This document shows positions 29,336-38,904 of a stretch of DNA of 64,000 nt, in pieces; position 1 is the first letter of the stretch, and each line of letters begins with the position of its first letter. The DNA is taken from positions 17,590 through 81,589 of the forward strand of contig JAHEBX010000001.1 in NCBI GenBank assembly GCA_024642045.1, written 5' to 3'. The notes beneath the pieces are model-generated. The model saw nothing but the letters and a program-made list of their open reading frames with translations. It ran no database searches and had not been told where the DNA came from. Both the position numbers and the translations under genes were made by a program. The stretch is from Pseudorhodobacter sp. (GTDB taxonomy: Bacteria > Pseudomonadota > Alphaproteobacteria > Rhodobacterales > Rhodobacteraceae).

Positions 29336-30006
29336 CGCTGTTGACTGTCACCGATCTGGTCAAGACCTTCGGCTCGGGTGAGACCGCAACCCATGTGCTG
29401 CGCGGGCTGGATCTGACGCTGCAAACAGGTGAGATGGCTGCGCTCTTGGGGCCGTCGGGATCGGGTAAAAGCACGCTTTTGACCATATTGGGTACGCTCA
29501 TGCAGCCAAGCTCCGGCCGTCAGACCATGTTGGGTGTTGATCTGACCATCGCCACGGATGCAGAGTTGACGCAGTTTCGCAACTTGCACATCGGCTTTGT
29601 CTTTCAGTTTCATAACCTGTTGCCCGACTTTACCGCGCTGGAAAACGTGATCTTTCCGACTGCCATCCGCGAGGGCCGCGAGACACTGGCCGCGCGCAAT
29701 CGTGGAGCGGATCTGCTGACCCGCATGGGGCTGGCGGATCGCATCAATTTCCCCTCGGCCAATCTGTCGGGCGGGCAAAAGCAGCGTGTGGCCGTGGCGC
29801 GCGCGCTGATGAATGCGCCCGAGTTGGTGTTGGCCGACGAGCCGACAGGCAACCTTGACCGCGCCTCGGCCATGCAGGTGATGCAGTTGATCGGCCAGAT
29901 CAACCGAGACGAAGGCACGACCTTTCTGATCTCGACCCATGACGAAAAGATCGCCGCCACCTGTGCGCGCCAGATTGTCGTCGCAGATGGTAAGGTGAGC
30001 GGCTAA
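29332..30006 (+). CDS. LolD/MacB-type ABC ATP-binding protein
   Basis: GPSGSGKS, GFVFQFHNL, LSGGQKQR and LADEPTGNLD motifs. Confidence 0.9.
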   Translation: MTLLTVTDLVKTFGSGETATHVLRGLDLTLQTGEMAALLGPSGSGKSTLLTILGTLMQPSSGRQTMLGVDLTIATDAELTQFRNLHIGFVFQFHNLLPDFTALENVIFPTAIREGRETLAARNRGADLLTRMGLADRINFPSANLSGGQKQRVAVARALMNAPELVLADEPTGNLDRASAMQVMQLIGQINRDEGTTFLISTHDEKIAATCARQIVVADGKVSG

Positions 30007-30021
30007 AGGCGGGCCGAGTTG

Positions 30022-32385
30022 TCATGCCATCTGCCACGTCCCTCCAGGCCTGTAGCGCGCGGCGATCTGTCCGGATTCCAGTGCAAAAAGATGCAGCCAG
30101 CCATGGTCGAAAAGTGCTTGCAGGCCGTTGTGGCGGGCAATCACATCCGTAATGGCGGTTTGCGGCGCTTCTATCATCACCGACAGGCGCAAAGGGTCGT
30201 GAACCAGCTGCGCGCCGTCATGCACCGCTTGCCAGGGCAGGCCCGCCCGCAGCCGCCCGCCATTGCCCTCGACGACGCCAATGCCGCCTGTGACGTTGTG
30301 GATCAGCTTGTTGCCGCCCCCAAAGACCGCCGGCGCCACGGCAGAGCCGTAATATTGCAGGCTGATCCAGCTGGCCACCACCACGGGCGCGGTCAGGATC
30401 AATTCGAGCGTGGCAAAACCCGCATCGGCTTGCCAGTCATAGCTGTGCAGAAAGGCCCGCCCGCCAAGGTTGGCCCCGCAACTCGCCCCCCGTGGCGCCG
30501 CGATAAAGGCAGAACACCCCGCAAGACCCCATTCGGGCCGCACCTCGGCCCAGTTCGTGGCCCGCCCGGCAATTGTGGCCGCACAGGCCCCCGGCAGCCG
30601 CAGAGCGCGCTCGGCCCGAGCCCGCTCGCCCGCCGCGTCAAGCCAGCGCTGTGCCTGCGCAAGCTCGGCCGCATGATCAGGTGCCGCAGTATCAGGATAG
30701 AGCGTCACGCCGTCGGTCGTGGTGTTGTGCAGCCCCGCCACAAACAGCGTGTCCGGGGCAAGGTCGATACCATGAACCGACAGACCCGCCCGCGTTTCGG
30801 GGTCGTTGAGCAATCCTGCCAGCAGTCGTGCCGAAACCTCACCCGTGTAGCCGCCACAGGCACCGCAGTTATAAGAGCTTGCATGCGGATTGTTGGCGAC
30901 CTGCGCGCCATGACCGACCAGCAGCACCAGCCGTGCATGCCGCTCGGTCAGGCTCATCGCTTTCAAAACTGCGGCGGCGTGCGTGGCCTTTTGCGCGGGC
31001 GTCAGCGCCACGTCAAGCTGTGGTGCGTGGTCTGGATCATGGCGCTTTGCCGCAATCCCCAGCGCATCCCTCGCCAGTTTCCAGCCATAGAGGGGTCCCG
31101 CCGCCTCGACGAAAGCGAAAGAGGACACCGCAGCTTGCCGGAATCGGCCCAAGGCGCGGGTCGTGCGGGCCTTGATGCGGGTGGACTGTTCGCACGCGGG
31201 CGTGCCAGAGGCATGCGTGGTCATGCCGGGGTTCAGCAGCACCGGCAGATGCGCCTCGACCACGTCAGACCCAAAGCTGCGATGCGCCACCGGCAGGCCG
31301 AAGAAGCCCGCAAAGCCGAGTGTCTCGATCCCCGCATCCACACCTTCCAACGCGCGCCGGAACACTTCCGACCGCACATCAATACAAAAGGCTGCCTGAA
31401 GTGTCGCACGCCCGCTCACCGGGCGCGGTGCCGCTTGGCTCAGCATCGACCCCAGTTGCCGCTGATGGGCGCGCTCGGCCGCCTCTTGCAGCAGGATGTC
31501 GATCACTTGATCGGGGGTCGGGGTCAGCGGATGCGCATGCGCGGCCACTGTTTGCTCCCAAGCCTTGTGGACGTGCGGGGCATTGGCAAAGATGGCCTCT
31601 TCCCAGATCAGCCGTATCGCCAGCAGGTCGGTTAACGTGGCGTCCGACTGCCCTGCCATCTCTGCCTGCCACAAGAGCCAGCGCGCATGCTGTGCCCAAC
31701 CGCCCAGATCGACCAGCAGCCGGTGAAACACCGTCTCGGCCGCCGCTTCGGTGATCCCAAGCGTCTCACACGCGCGCAGCACAGCGCGCTCGGCTGTATC
31801 GGGGGCAGAGGCCACATGCGCGCAAAATCCCGAAAGACCCGCCAGTTCCGGCGTCAGATCATGGCTGGCCCAAGCCCGCCAGGCGGCAAAAGTGCTTTGT
31901 CCCGGCGCGGGGGTCCAAAGCGCCTGACCTTGGTCGAAATGCCCCGCCGCCCAGAGGCCGATGGTCCGCTGGATGACCGCGGGCCAATCCCGCCCCGTCT
32001 TGGGCGCAGCAAGTTCGGCCAACGTCGGCAAGGCCTGAACCTCGGGGCTGGGCGCATCGAGTTGGCGCTTTAGCGCGGCCAGATCGGCGGGCCTGTCTGC
32101 CAAGGCACAGACGATCAGGGCCTGTGCAACATCGTCGTCCGTGATCGCTCCGGATGCCATCTTGGCGGCATAGTCGGCGCGCGGGCGTGTCAGCCGCACC
32201 CCCGCCACACGCGCGAGCCGGGCCGAGGCCATGGCAAGATCCTCGCCGGTCTGGCCGAGCAAGGGGTTTACGGCCACGGTCGCCTCCAGCGGAAAGGCGG
32301 GCGGGATGGCGCGGGCCGCAGCCTCGGCAGCTTGAAGCAGGCCAGTCACCCGGACCGGGGCAATTTGAGCGTGTTTGATGAACAT
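30022..32385 (-). CDS. dabA: Inorganic carbon transporter subunit DabA (DUF2309)
   Basis: AVNP, FCIDVRSE, GHG, CGACGG (Zn-ligand C/D/H/C set), RPEWGL and HDP motifs; AGGAGA RBS. Confidence 0.9.
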   Translation of the reverse strand: MFIKHAQIAPVRVTGLLQAAEAAARAIPPAFPLEATVAVNPLLGQTGEDLAMASARLARVAGVRLTRPRADYAAKMASGAITDDDVAQALIVCALADRPADLAALKRQLDAPSPEVQALPTLAELAAPKTGRDWPAVIQRTIGLWAAGHFDQGQALWTPAPGQSTFAAWRAWASHDLTPELAGLSGFCAHVASAPDTAERAVLRACETLGITEAAAETVFHRLLVDLGGWAQHARWLLWQAEMAGQSDATLTDLLAIRLIWEEAIFANAPHVHKAWEQTVAAHAHPLTPTPDQVIDILLQEAAERAHQRQLGSMLSQAAPRPVSGRATLQAAFCIDVRSEVFRRALEGVDAGIETLGFAGFFGLPVAHRSFGSDVVEAHLPVLLNPGMTTHASGTPACEQSTRIKARTTRALGRFRQAAVSSFAFVEAAGPLYGWKLARDALGIAAKRHDPDHAPQLDVALTPAQKATHAAAVLKAMSLTERHARLVLLVGHGAQVANNPHASSYNCGACGGYTGEVSARLLAGLLNDPETRAGLSVHGIDLAPDTLFVAGLHNTTTDGVTLYPDTAAPDHAAELAQAQRWLDAAGERARAERALRLPGACAATIAGRATNWAEVRPEWGLAGCSAFIAAPRGASCGANLGGRAFLHSYDWQADAGFATLELILTAPVVVASWISLQYYGSAVAPAVFGGGNKLIHNVTGGIGVVEGNGGRLRAGLPWQAVHDGAQLVHDPLRLSVMIEAPQTAITDVIARHNGLQALFDHGWLHLFALESGQIAARYRPGGTWQMA

Positions 32386-32409
32386 GTCAGTCTCCTGCAA
32401 GACAAAGGG

Positions 32410-33963
32410 TCAGAGCGATCCAGAGGCCCGAAAGCCGCCGATCAGCCGGTCAAGAAGCGCGTTGAGATAAAGCCCGTTGGCCAGATGCACGCGAAGGCCC
32501 GCCGTTGCAGGATGATGCGCCCACAGTGGGAACAGCGCCTGCGCCACAGCCACCAGACCAAACGACACGATCGCCAGCACGATCAGACCCCATTCCAGCG
32601 CATCAGGGGCAGGTGGGGCCGGGAGGGATGCGCCCCAAAGGGCGGCGGCCGTCAGTTGAAAACTGAAATAGGCCACGGCCGCCCCGAGCGAGGCAAGGCC
32701 CGTGCGCCGGGTCAGCGCCGCAGGTGCCGCATCGGCAAGCCCCTGCGCCACCAGATAGGCCACGCCAAAGATCAGGATCGCGCCCAGCGCCACAGCTTGC
32801 GCTGATTTCGGTCCAGAGATGGCTTCGAACCCGACTGCAACCACCGCGTAAAGCGCGAGGGCCAGTGCAAATGCCTTGGCCACAGCACCCGGACCGGGCG
32901 CCGCCACCGGCCCTGGCCGACGGATAGAGGCCACCGCCTGAACGGCAGTTCCCGACGACAGGAAAGCATGTGCCTTATAGAGCGAATGGGCCACGATATG
33001 CAGCAGCGCCAGAGGCCAAAGCCCAAGCCCGCATTGCAACAACATAAAGCCCATCTGCGCTACGGTGGACCACGCAAGCGCTGTCTTGACGGCACTTTGT
33101 GTCAGCATCACCGCCGCGCCGAAAAGCGCCGTTAGCCCGCCCAGCATCACCAGTGACGCCATCGCGGCAGGGCTCGTCTGCACAACCTCGGCCAGCCGGA
33201 TTAGCAGGAACCCGCCGCCGTTGATGATGCCCGCGTGCAGCAAGGCCGAGACGGGAGTTGGCGCCTCCATCACCTCGGTCAGCCAGCCGTGGATCGGAAA
33301 GGTCGCGGTCTTGAGCGCCGCCGCCAGCACGATCAGCACGACGGCGAGTTGTGCAGACAAAGGCAGGCCGGATTGCGCGGCAAGCCCCAGCTCCGCAAGA
33401 TCCACGCTGCCAAAGGCCAACCAGAGCAGGCTTGCAGCGAGGAACAGCGCAACATCGCCGGCGCCCCAGACAAGCGTGAACTTGGCCGCCGCCCGCCGTG
33501 CCTCGGGGCGATCGGGATAGAACAGCAACAGCTGCCGCAATCCAAGCCCGACCGCACCAAAGGCCAGCACCAACACTCCCAGGCTGCCCGCCTGCACCAG
33601 CGTCAGCACGGCTGCGAGCGTGGCCAGCAAAATGCGGTGAAACGCCCCCTCGCGGGGTTCTGCGTCGAGGTAGCTGCGCGCATAACGCACCACAACCCAG
33701 CCGACAAAGCTGACCAGAAGTGTCATGGTCGCGCTGATTGCGTCAAGACGGAAAGCCAAGAGCGCGGCATTCCTACCGAAAGTCAGCGTCATGGCACCCG
33801 CGGCAAAAAGCTGGATGACGCCCGCCAGTGCCAGCCCCAGAGCGACAAGGGCTGCGGCCTCGGCCAAGCGCGGCAGCGGGCCGGGGCGGCGGTTCGGGTG
33901 GCTTGTGGTAATCGCTGCGACAGCCAACAGCAGGATCGGGGCGAGTAGGGGCAGGGGGGGCAT
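32410..33963 (-). CDS. dabB: Inorganic carbon transporter membrane subunit DabB (NuoL/MrpA-like)
   Basis: HGWLTEVMEAPTPVSALLHAG, WSTVAQMGFM and HSLYKAHAFL motifs; directly upstream of dabA. Confidence 0.88.
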   Translation of the reverse strand: MPPLPLLAPILLLAVAAITTSHPNRRPGPLPRLAEAAALVALGLALAGVIQLFAAGAMTLTFGRNAALLAFRLDAISATMTLLVSFVGWVVVRYARSYLDAEPREGAFHRILLATLAAVLTLVQAGSLGVLVLAFGAVGLGLRQLLLFYPDRPEARRAAAKFTLVWGAGDVALFLAASLLWLAFGSVDLAELGLAAQSGLPLSAQLAVVLIVLAAALKTATFPIHGWLTEVMEAPTPVSALLHAGIINGGGFLLIRLAEVVQTSPAAMASLVMLGGLTALFGAAVMLTQSAVKTALAWSTVAQMGFMLLQCGLGLWPLALLHIVAHSLYKAHAFLSSGTAVQAVASIRRPGPVAAPGPGAVAKAFALALALYAVVAVGFEAISGPKSAQAVALGAILIFGVAYLVAQGLADAAPAALTRRTGLASLGAAVAYFSFQLTAAALWGASLPAPPAPDALEWGLIVLAIVSFGLVAVAQALFPLWAHHPATAGLRVHLANGLYLNALLDRLIGGFRASGSL

Positions 33964-34046
33964 CTGGCGGGCTCCTGTTCAAGTCGGATGGCCGTAGAGA
34001 TACCGCTTGCACAACTTCTATAAAATTACATATTTTAGCATTAATC

Positions 34047-34063
34047 GTTCGATTTTGTGGAAC
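34047..34063. promoter_or_regulatory. Candidate LysR recognition box
   Basis: GTTC-N9-GAAC containing T-N11-A, in the AT-rich dabB/lysR divergent gap next to the lysR start. Confidence 0.5.
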
Positions 34064-34065
34064 AT

Positions 34066-34938
34066 ATGGACACCCTGAACCTGCATCACCTGCGACTGTT
34101 TCGCGCTGTTGCCACGGATGGCACGCTGACGGGTGCCGCGCGGTGGCTGAACCTGTCACAATCCGCGCTTTCGACTCAGATCAAGGCGCTGGAGGCTTCT
34201 TTGGGCCACGATCTGTTTGAACGCCGTGGCCGCGGCCTGGTGCTGACCGAGGCCGGACGCATCGCGCTTGACCACGCAGAGGCGATCTTTCGCACGGCCA
34301 ATGATCTGACCGCGACCCTGCGCGAAACACGTCAGACGCGTCGACCCTTGCGGGTGGGCGCGCTTGCGACACTCTCGCGCAACTTTCAAATGCAGTTTGT
34401 GCGTCCGCTGATCGGGCGCGTGGATGTCGAGGTGGTGCTGCGGTCGGGCAGTCAGTCGGAACTTTTGCGCGATCTGGATGCGCTTGCGTTGGACGTTGTA
34501 TTGACGAACCTTGCGCCAAGCCGGGATTCGGGCAGTCTATGGCTGGTGCATCAGTTGGCCTCGCAACCCGTCAGCCTGATCGGAACGCAGTTTCGGGTGG
34601 GGGCGCAGCCGCGCCCTTTGCGCGATCTGCTGGCCGAAGAGCCGTTGATCCTGCCCGCACCTGGCACATCGTTGCGTCTGGCCTTTGATGCCTTGGCGGC
34701 ACGCCTGCAACTGGCTCCGGTCATCGCCGCCGAGGCGGATGACATGGCCATGCTGCGCCTTTTGGCGCGTGAAGATGCAGGACTGGCCGTGATCCCGCCC
34801 ATCGTGGTGCAGGATGAACTGACGACGGGTCAATTGGTCGAGGCCGCGCAGATCGAGGGAATGTTTGAAACTTTTTATGCCATTACGCGAGAGAGGCGGT
34901 TTCCCAACCCGCTGCTGGTGCTGCTGCTGAAGTCGTAA
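34066..34938 (+). CDS. LysR family regulator (NhaR-like), divergent from dabBA
   Basis: LNLHHLRLF, LSQSALSTQIKALE and LFERRGRGLVLTEAG HTH motifs. Confidence 0.92.
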   Translation: MDTLNLHHLRLFRAVATDGTLTGAARWLNLSQSALSTQIKALEASLGHDLFERRGRGLVLTEAGRIALDHAEAIFRTANDLTATLRETRQTRRPLRVGALATLSRNFQMQFVRPLIGRVDVEVVLRSGSQSELLRDLDALALDVVLTNLAPSRDSGSLWLVHQLASQPVSLIGTQFRVGAQPRPLRDLLAEEPLILPAPGTSLRLAFDALAARLQLAPVIAAEADDMAMLRLLAREDAGLAVIPPIVVQDELTTGQLVEAAQIEGMFETFYAITRERRFPNPLLVLLLKS

Positions 34939-34961
34939 CGCCATATTTCGGCCCGGCTCAT

Positions 34962-35720
34962 TCAAGCTGTCTTGTGCTGTGCGATCTTCAACAAGCGCCC
35001 TGGTGCGTCTGCGGCAAGAGGGGCTGTTGTCGCCGATGCCATATGCCACGCAAGGACCTGATTGCTGCTCAGAACGGGCACTCCCAGTTCGGCCTCAAGG
35101 TCGTCGATGAGATCAAGCGTGCGCAGGTTGGTGCAGGACAGGAACACCGCCTCGGCCCCCTTTGCCGCAGCCCGCGCAGCCGCCTTGATCGAGGCGGGGG
35201 CGATCCTTGCGACGCGGGCCTCGACCTCTTCGCCAAAGGTCAGCGTCTGCCCGAGAGAAAAGCCAGCCGCGGCAAAAGCGTCACCCACCGGCGCCGCAAT
35301 GCTTGCGACATAGGGTGTCACCAGACCCAGCCGCTCGATACCCAGCACCTTGAGTGCCGCCAGCGCCGCGCTCAACGGATCGGTGACCATCGCAGTCTCG
35401 ACCCCTTGCCGAACCATGCGTGCTACAGCGTCGGCCCCGATCAATGTAGTGCCCGAAGTGCAGCCATAGCCCACCGCATCAAAGCGCGCCGCCCGAGGCA
35501 ACAGCTGCGCCGCGCGCGGCAAGTCTGCTTTCATCGCCGCAATCGAGTCGGTCGTAAGCTCGTCTCCAGACGGAATGCGGCTGACATAAAGGGCGATCTC
35601 ACGATCCGGGAACAGCCTGCGGAAGTCTTGCTCAAGCGTTTCATCGGCCTGAAGAACCACGAGGCCCAGCGTCGCCTTGGACCCAATCGGGCCTACCAGA
35701 TCAAAGCTGATTTGCCTCAT
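34962..35720 (-). CDS. Asp/Glu racemase / maleate isomerase family protein (EutA-like)
   Basis: Two catalytic Cys motifs GYGCTSG and FLSCTNL, LVTPY, SSNQ. Confidence 0.85.
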   Translation of the reverse strand: MRQISFDLVGPIGSKATLGLVVLQADETLEQDFRRLFPDREIALYVSRIPSGDELTTDSIAAMKADLPRAAQLLPRAARFDAVGYGCTSGTTLIGADAVARMVRQGVETAMVTDPLSAALAALKVLGIERLGLVTPYVASIAAPVGDAFAAAGFSLGQTLTFGEEVEARVARIAPASIKAAARAAAKGAEAVFLSCTNLRTLDLIDDLEAELGVPVLSSNQVLAWHMASATTAPLAADAPGRLLKIAQHKTA

Positions 35721-36883
35721 CCCATGATCTCGGGCAACTGTTCGGGCGCACGCCGCGACAAGAGTTCGGGGCCCTCGGGCCGCAACACGATATTCTCCTC
35801 ATGCACAAGAATGCGCCCAAGCGCGATTTCAACTCCCGGCTCCAGCGTCAAGACCATCCCCTCGCGTAATTCAGTCGTATCAAGCGGCGTAAAGGATGGC
35901 CATTCGGTCAGCGTGAGCCCCAGCCCGTGGCCCAGCCGGCCGCCGCCCGGTGTCGCGCCCTGACGCAGCAAGGCGTCGGTCAAGACCCGGTGGACATCCC
36001 GCGCCAGCATACCCGGACGCAGTTCGGCCAAAGCGGTATCGGTTGCCGCATAGAGAGCCGCATGCGCGCGGCGCACCTCATCACTGGCCCGCCCGATCGC
36101 AAAGTTTCGGTCAAAGTCGCAGAAATACCCATCGCGCACAGCACCGGTATCCAGCATCAGCACATCGCCTGCCTGCAAGGGGCGCTCATCGGCGGGTGAG
36201 ATCACATCGCCATAGCCGCCTTTCCCTGCACCGCCCGCAATATAGCTGACCCAATCGGCTCCCTCTTGCAGCAAGGCTACCTGAAAATCGCGAAACACCT
36301 TTGCCAAGGGCAGGCCTTGGCGCACGAACTCTGGCACGCGGGCAAAGGCTGCGTCCGCCACCGCGCAGGTCGCGCGGATCTTGGCGATTTCTGCCGCGGA
36401 TTTAATCTCTCGGACGCGATAGACCGCGCGCGTGCCGTCATCAAATCTGCGCGGGGCAATACGGTCTTGCAGGCGCATGAAATCGCCAATCGGCATGCGC
36501 AGATGGCTTTCCAGCCCCATCGGGATGCCAACTTTGCCCGATGCCGGCACGGTTTCTGACAGGGCATCCGCCAGCAGGCTAACCCCATCGTCAACCGGAT
36601 CAGGTGCGCTCCAGGTGCGTATATCCTTGATCCAGCACCGCCCCATCAGGGCGGCACCGATTGCGGGAATGACCGCGATCGGATCGCCCGTCGCGGGCAC
36701 GACGATGAACCATGGCCGCGCTGGGCTCTCCCAAAATCGGGTCAGGAAACCAGTGGTGTAATACACATCTGCCGGCGTGGTCAAAAGCAGTGCGTCAAGC
36801 CCGTCCCGCGCCATTTCGGATTGCAGGGCCCGGATGCGGCGCCGAAATTCGCTGGCCGGAAAGATCAAAGAGCGGTCAGACAT
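35717..36883 (-). CDS. M24 (Xaa-Pro peptidase/creatinase/ectoine hydrolase-like) family hydrolase
   Basis: Metal ligands in MLDTG, FCDFDR, GHGLG, LEPG and HEEN; N-terminal creatinase domain. Confidence 0.85.
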   Translation of the reverse strand: MSDRSLIFPASEFRRRIRALQSEMARDGLDALLLTTPADVYYTTGFLTRFWESPARPWFIVVPATGDPIAVIPAIGAALMGRCWIKDIRTWSAPDPVDDGVSLLADALSETVPASGKVGIPMGLESHLRMPIGDFMRLQDRIAPRRFDDGTRAVYRVREIKSAAEIAKIRATCAVADAAFARVPEFVRQGLPLAKVFRDFQVALLQEGADWVSYIAGGAGKGGYGDVISPADERPLQAGDVLMLDTGAVRDGYFCDFDRNFAIGRASDEVRRAHAALYAATDTALAELRPGMLARDVHRVLTDALLRQGATPGGGRLGHGLGLTLTEWPSFTPLDTTELREGMVLTLEPGVEIALGRILVHEENIVLRPEGPELLSRRAPEQLPEIMG

Positions 36884-37919
36884 CTTCTGGCCCTTCGCTG
36901 AGAATACACAGCACATGCGACTGCGGACCAATCCCGTCGAGCCCTACCAGCAGGGCCGCAACCCCCGCCGCCCCCGAGGGGGTCGAAGCCAAGCCAACCG
37001 ATACTACAGCCGCAGCCCCCGCCGCCGCCTCAGCCTCGGTGATGGTGACAAACAGATCGGCATCTTGGGCAAGGTAGGCAAGCGCCAGCATTGAGGGCGT
37101 CTTGCAATCCAGCCGCCCCATGATCGAGACGGGGCCTTGGGTTTCCACAACCGCCCCCGCCCGGATGCTTTCGATCAAGGCAGGTGCGGCCTCGGGTTCA
37201 ACCACGATCATCTGCGGCGCGTCTGCCCAGCGGCGCCTCAGCTCCGATGCCACCGCCGCCGCAAGCCCCCCGACACCGGCCTGCAACAAAATATGGCTCG
37301 GCACTTCCGCCATTTGCGCCGTGATTTCGGTGGCGATTTGGCGATAGCCTTCCATCACCCTGAAGGGCATTTCTACATATCCGGGCCAAGAGCCATCCGA
37401 AAGCAATGTCCAGCCTTCGGCCTCTGCCGCCTTACCTGCCGCCGCCATACTCGCCTCATAGTTTTCGCCCGCGCGCACCACCCGCGCCCCCTTGGCTTTG
37501 AGCCGCGTGGCAAAGCTTTCCGGCACGGTATTCGCCAGATAAATCACCGCGTCTGCGCCAAAAACCCGCGCGCCAGCCGCCACCGACATGCCATGATTGC
37601 CCGCGCTTGCGGTGACATACGTCCGGCCCCGTAGTGCGGTTTGCAGATCGCCCCCCGCGGCCGCCGCCTCACGCGCAATCGCATAGGCGGCCCCCAGCGC
37701 CTTGAAGCTGCCAAGCCCCATCCGCGACCGTTCATCCTTGAGCGTCAGTCTGGCAATTCCTGCCTGAGCAGCCAGTTCCGGGCAATCCAGCAACGGTGTC
37801 GGGCGATGCGCCGGGCATTGCGCCAAGAGGGCTGCAACCGCCTCAGCATGCGCGCCCGACAGGGGCGGAAGATCCGGCAAACCTCTGCCACGAAATTCGT
37901 TGTGCAGTCTTTCGGTCAC
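36876..37919 (-). CDS. PLP-dependent fold-type II enzyme, diaminopropionate ammonia-lyase-like
   Basis: LKDE...GLGSFKALG, ASAGNHG, LSDGSWPGY and QAGVGGLA motifs; GTG start with AGGGGG RBS. Confidence 0.82.
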   Translation of the reverse strand: MTERLHNEFRGRGLPDLPPLSGAHAEAVAALLAQCPAHRPTPLLDCPELAAQAGIARLTLKDERSRMGLGSFKALGAAYAIAREAAAAGGDLQTALRGRTYVTASAGNHGMSVAAGARVFGADAVIYLANTVPESFATRLKAKGARVVRAGENYEASMAAAGKAAEAEGWTLLSDGSWPGYVEMPFRVMEGYRQIATEITAQMAEVPSHILLQAGVGGLAAAVASELRRRWADAPQMIVVEPEAAPALIESIRAGAVVETQGPVSIMGRLDCKTPSMLALAYLAQDADLFVTITEAEAAAGAAAVVSVGLASTPSGAAGVAALLVGLDGIGPQSHVLCILSEGPEDV

Positions 37920-38092
37920 ATGCGCCCCCTTTGTCCTTGGCGCCACGATAGCCCGAACGACTCACAAATTTCCCGGAATAATCCTGCCACATGGCGCTGA
38001 TTTCTTGACAAACCCACCCATTTTTTGCGGAAATTCGGACCGCGAGCATTCAATTGGCTGGCCTCGCTCTGAAGATAAGACAATGTTGTGGC

Positions 38093-38572
38093 ATGGACAG
38101 ATTCGACGCAGCCATTCTTGACGCCATTCAGACCAACAACCGCCTGACAGCTGAGGCGCTGTCGAAACTTGTGTTCCTGTCGCCCGACAGTTGCCGCAAG
38201 CGTCTCGCTCGCTTGCGGGCTGACGGCTATATCGCTGCCGATATCGCGGTGCTTGATCCCGGCAAGTTGGGGCGCGGACTATTGGTCATCGTCGAGGTCG
38301 CGCTCACCTCCGAGCGCCCCGCCGATCTGGACCGGTTTCGCGAAAAGATGAAGGCCGCGCCAGAGGTGATGCAATGCTATTACATCACCGGCAACAGCGA
38401 CTTTCTGCTGATCCTTTCGGCCAGCGACATGGCCGACTATGAAGCGTTCACCCGTCGGTATTTCTTCGCTGAAGAAAACATCATGAAGTTCCGCACAAGT
38501 GTTGTGATGGACCGCGTCAAGATGGGGTTTACGATACCGCTGCCATGCGTCGAGGCCGGTTCAGAGGCTTAA
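38093..38572 (+). CDS. Lrp/AsnC family regulator
   Basis: N-terminal HTH (LSPDSCRKRLARL), PEVMQCYYITGNSDFLL. Confidence 0.9.
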   Translation: MDRFDAAILDAIQTNNRLTAEALSKLVFLSPDSCRKRLARLRADGYIAADIAVLDPGKLGRGLLVIVEVALTSERPADLDRFREKMKAAPEVMQCYYITGNSDFLLILSASDMADYEAFTRRYFFAEENIMKFRTSVVMDRVKMGFTIPLPCVEAGSEA

Positions 38573-38904
38573 TATGTCTTTATGGCGCGGCGTGCCGTTT
38601 CGTTTCAGAACAGGGCACGCTATTGATCATTGGTACAATTTCTGCACTGCAGCATCAAAACCCGTCCAAAATATAGGCATCCAGTATTTTCACCTGTGAA
38701 TCCGGGGCCTCGCATCGTCACGCCGGTTGAAGCCTGTTCGATTCGGGTCTTCCCATAGTCAGGCTTGGACCCTTCAGCGCGGAAACAGACCGAGCATCGT
38801 TTGAACTCCTTCTTTCCGGCGCAACGCAATAGAAACAAAAGAACCGCTCTAATCCATTGTATTTGTTTTAAAAATGGCACGGGCGATCATCAGGGGATGT
38901 GAAC

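Noticed and set aside
30019-31635. 538 aa + strand ORF
   Set aside because: Antisense shadow of dabA; Arg/Pro-rich with no motifs, as expected in high-GC DNA
38874-38890. TGGCAC upstream of urtA as a sigma54 promoter
   Set aside because: The -12 TTGC element is absent at the required spacing (TGGCAC-GGGCG-ATCA)
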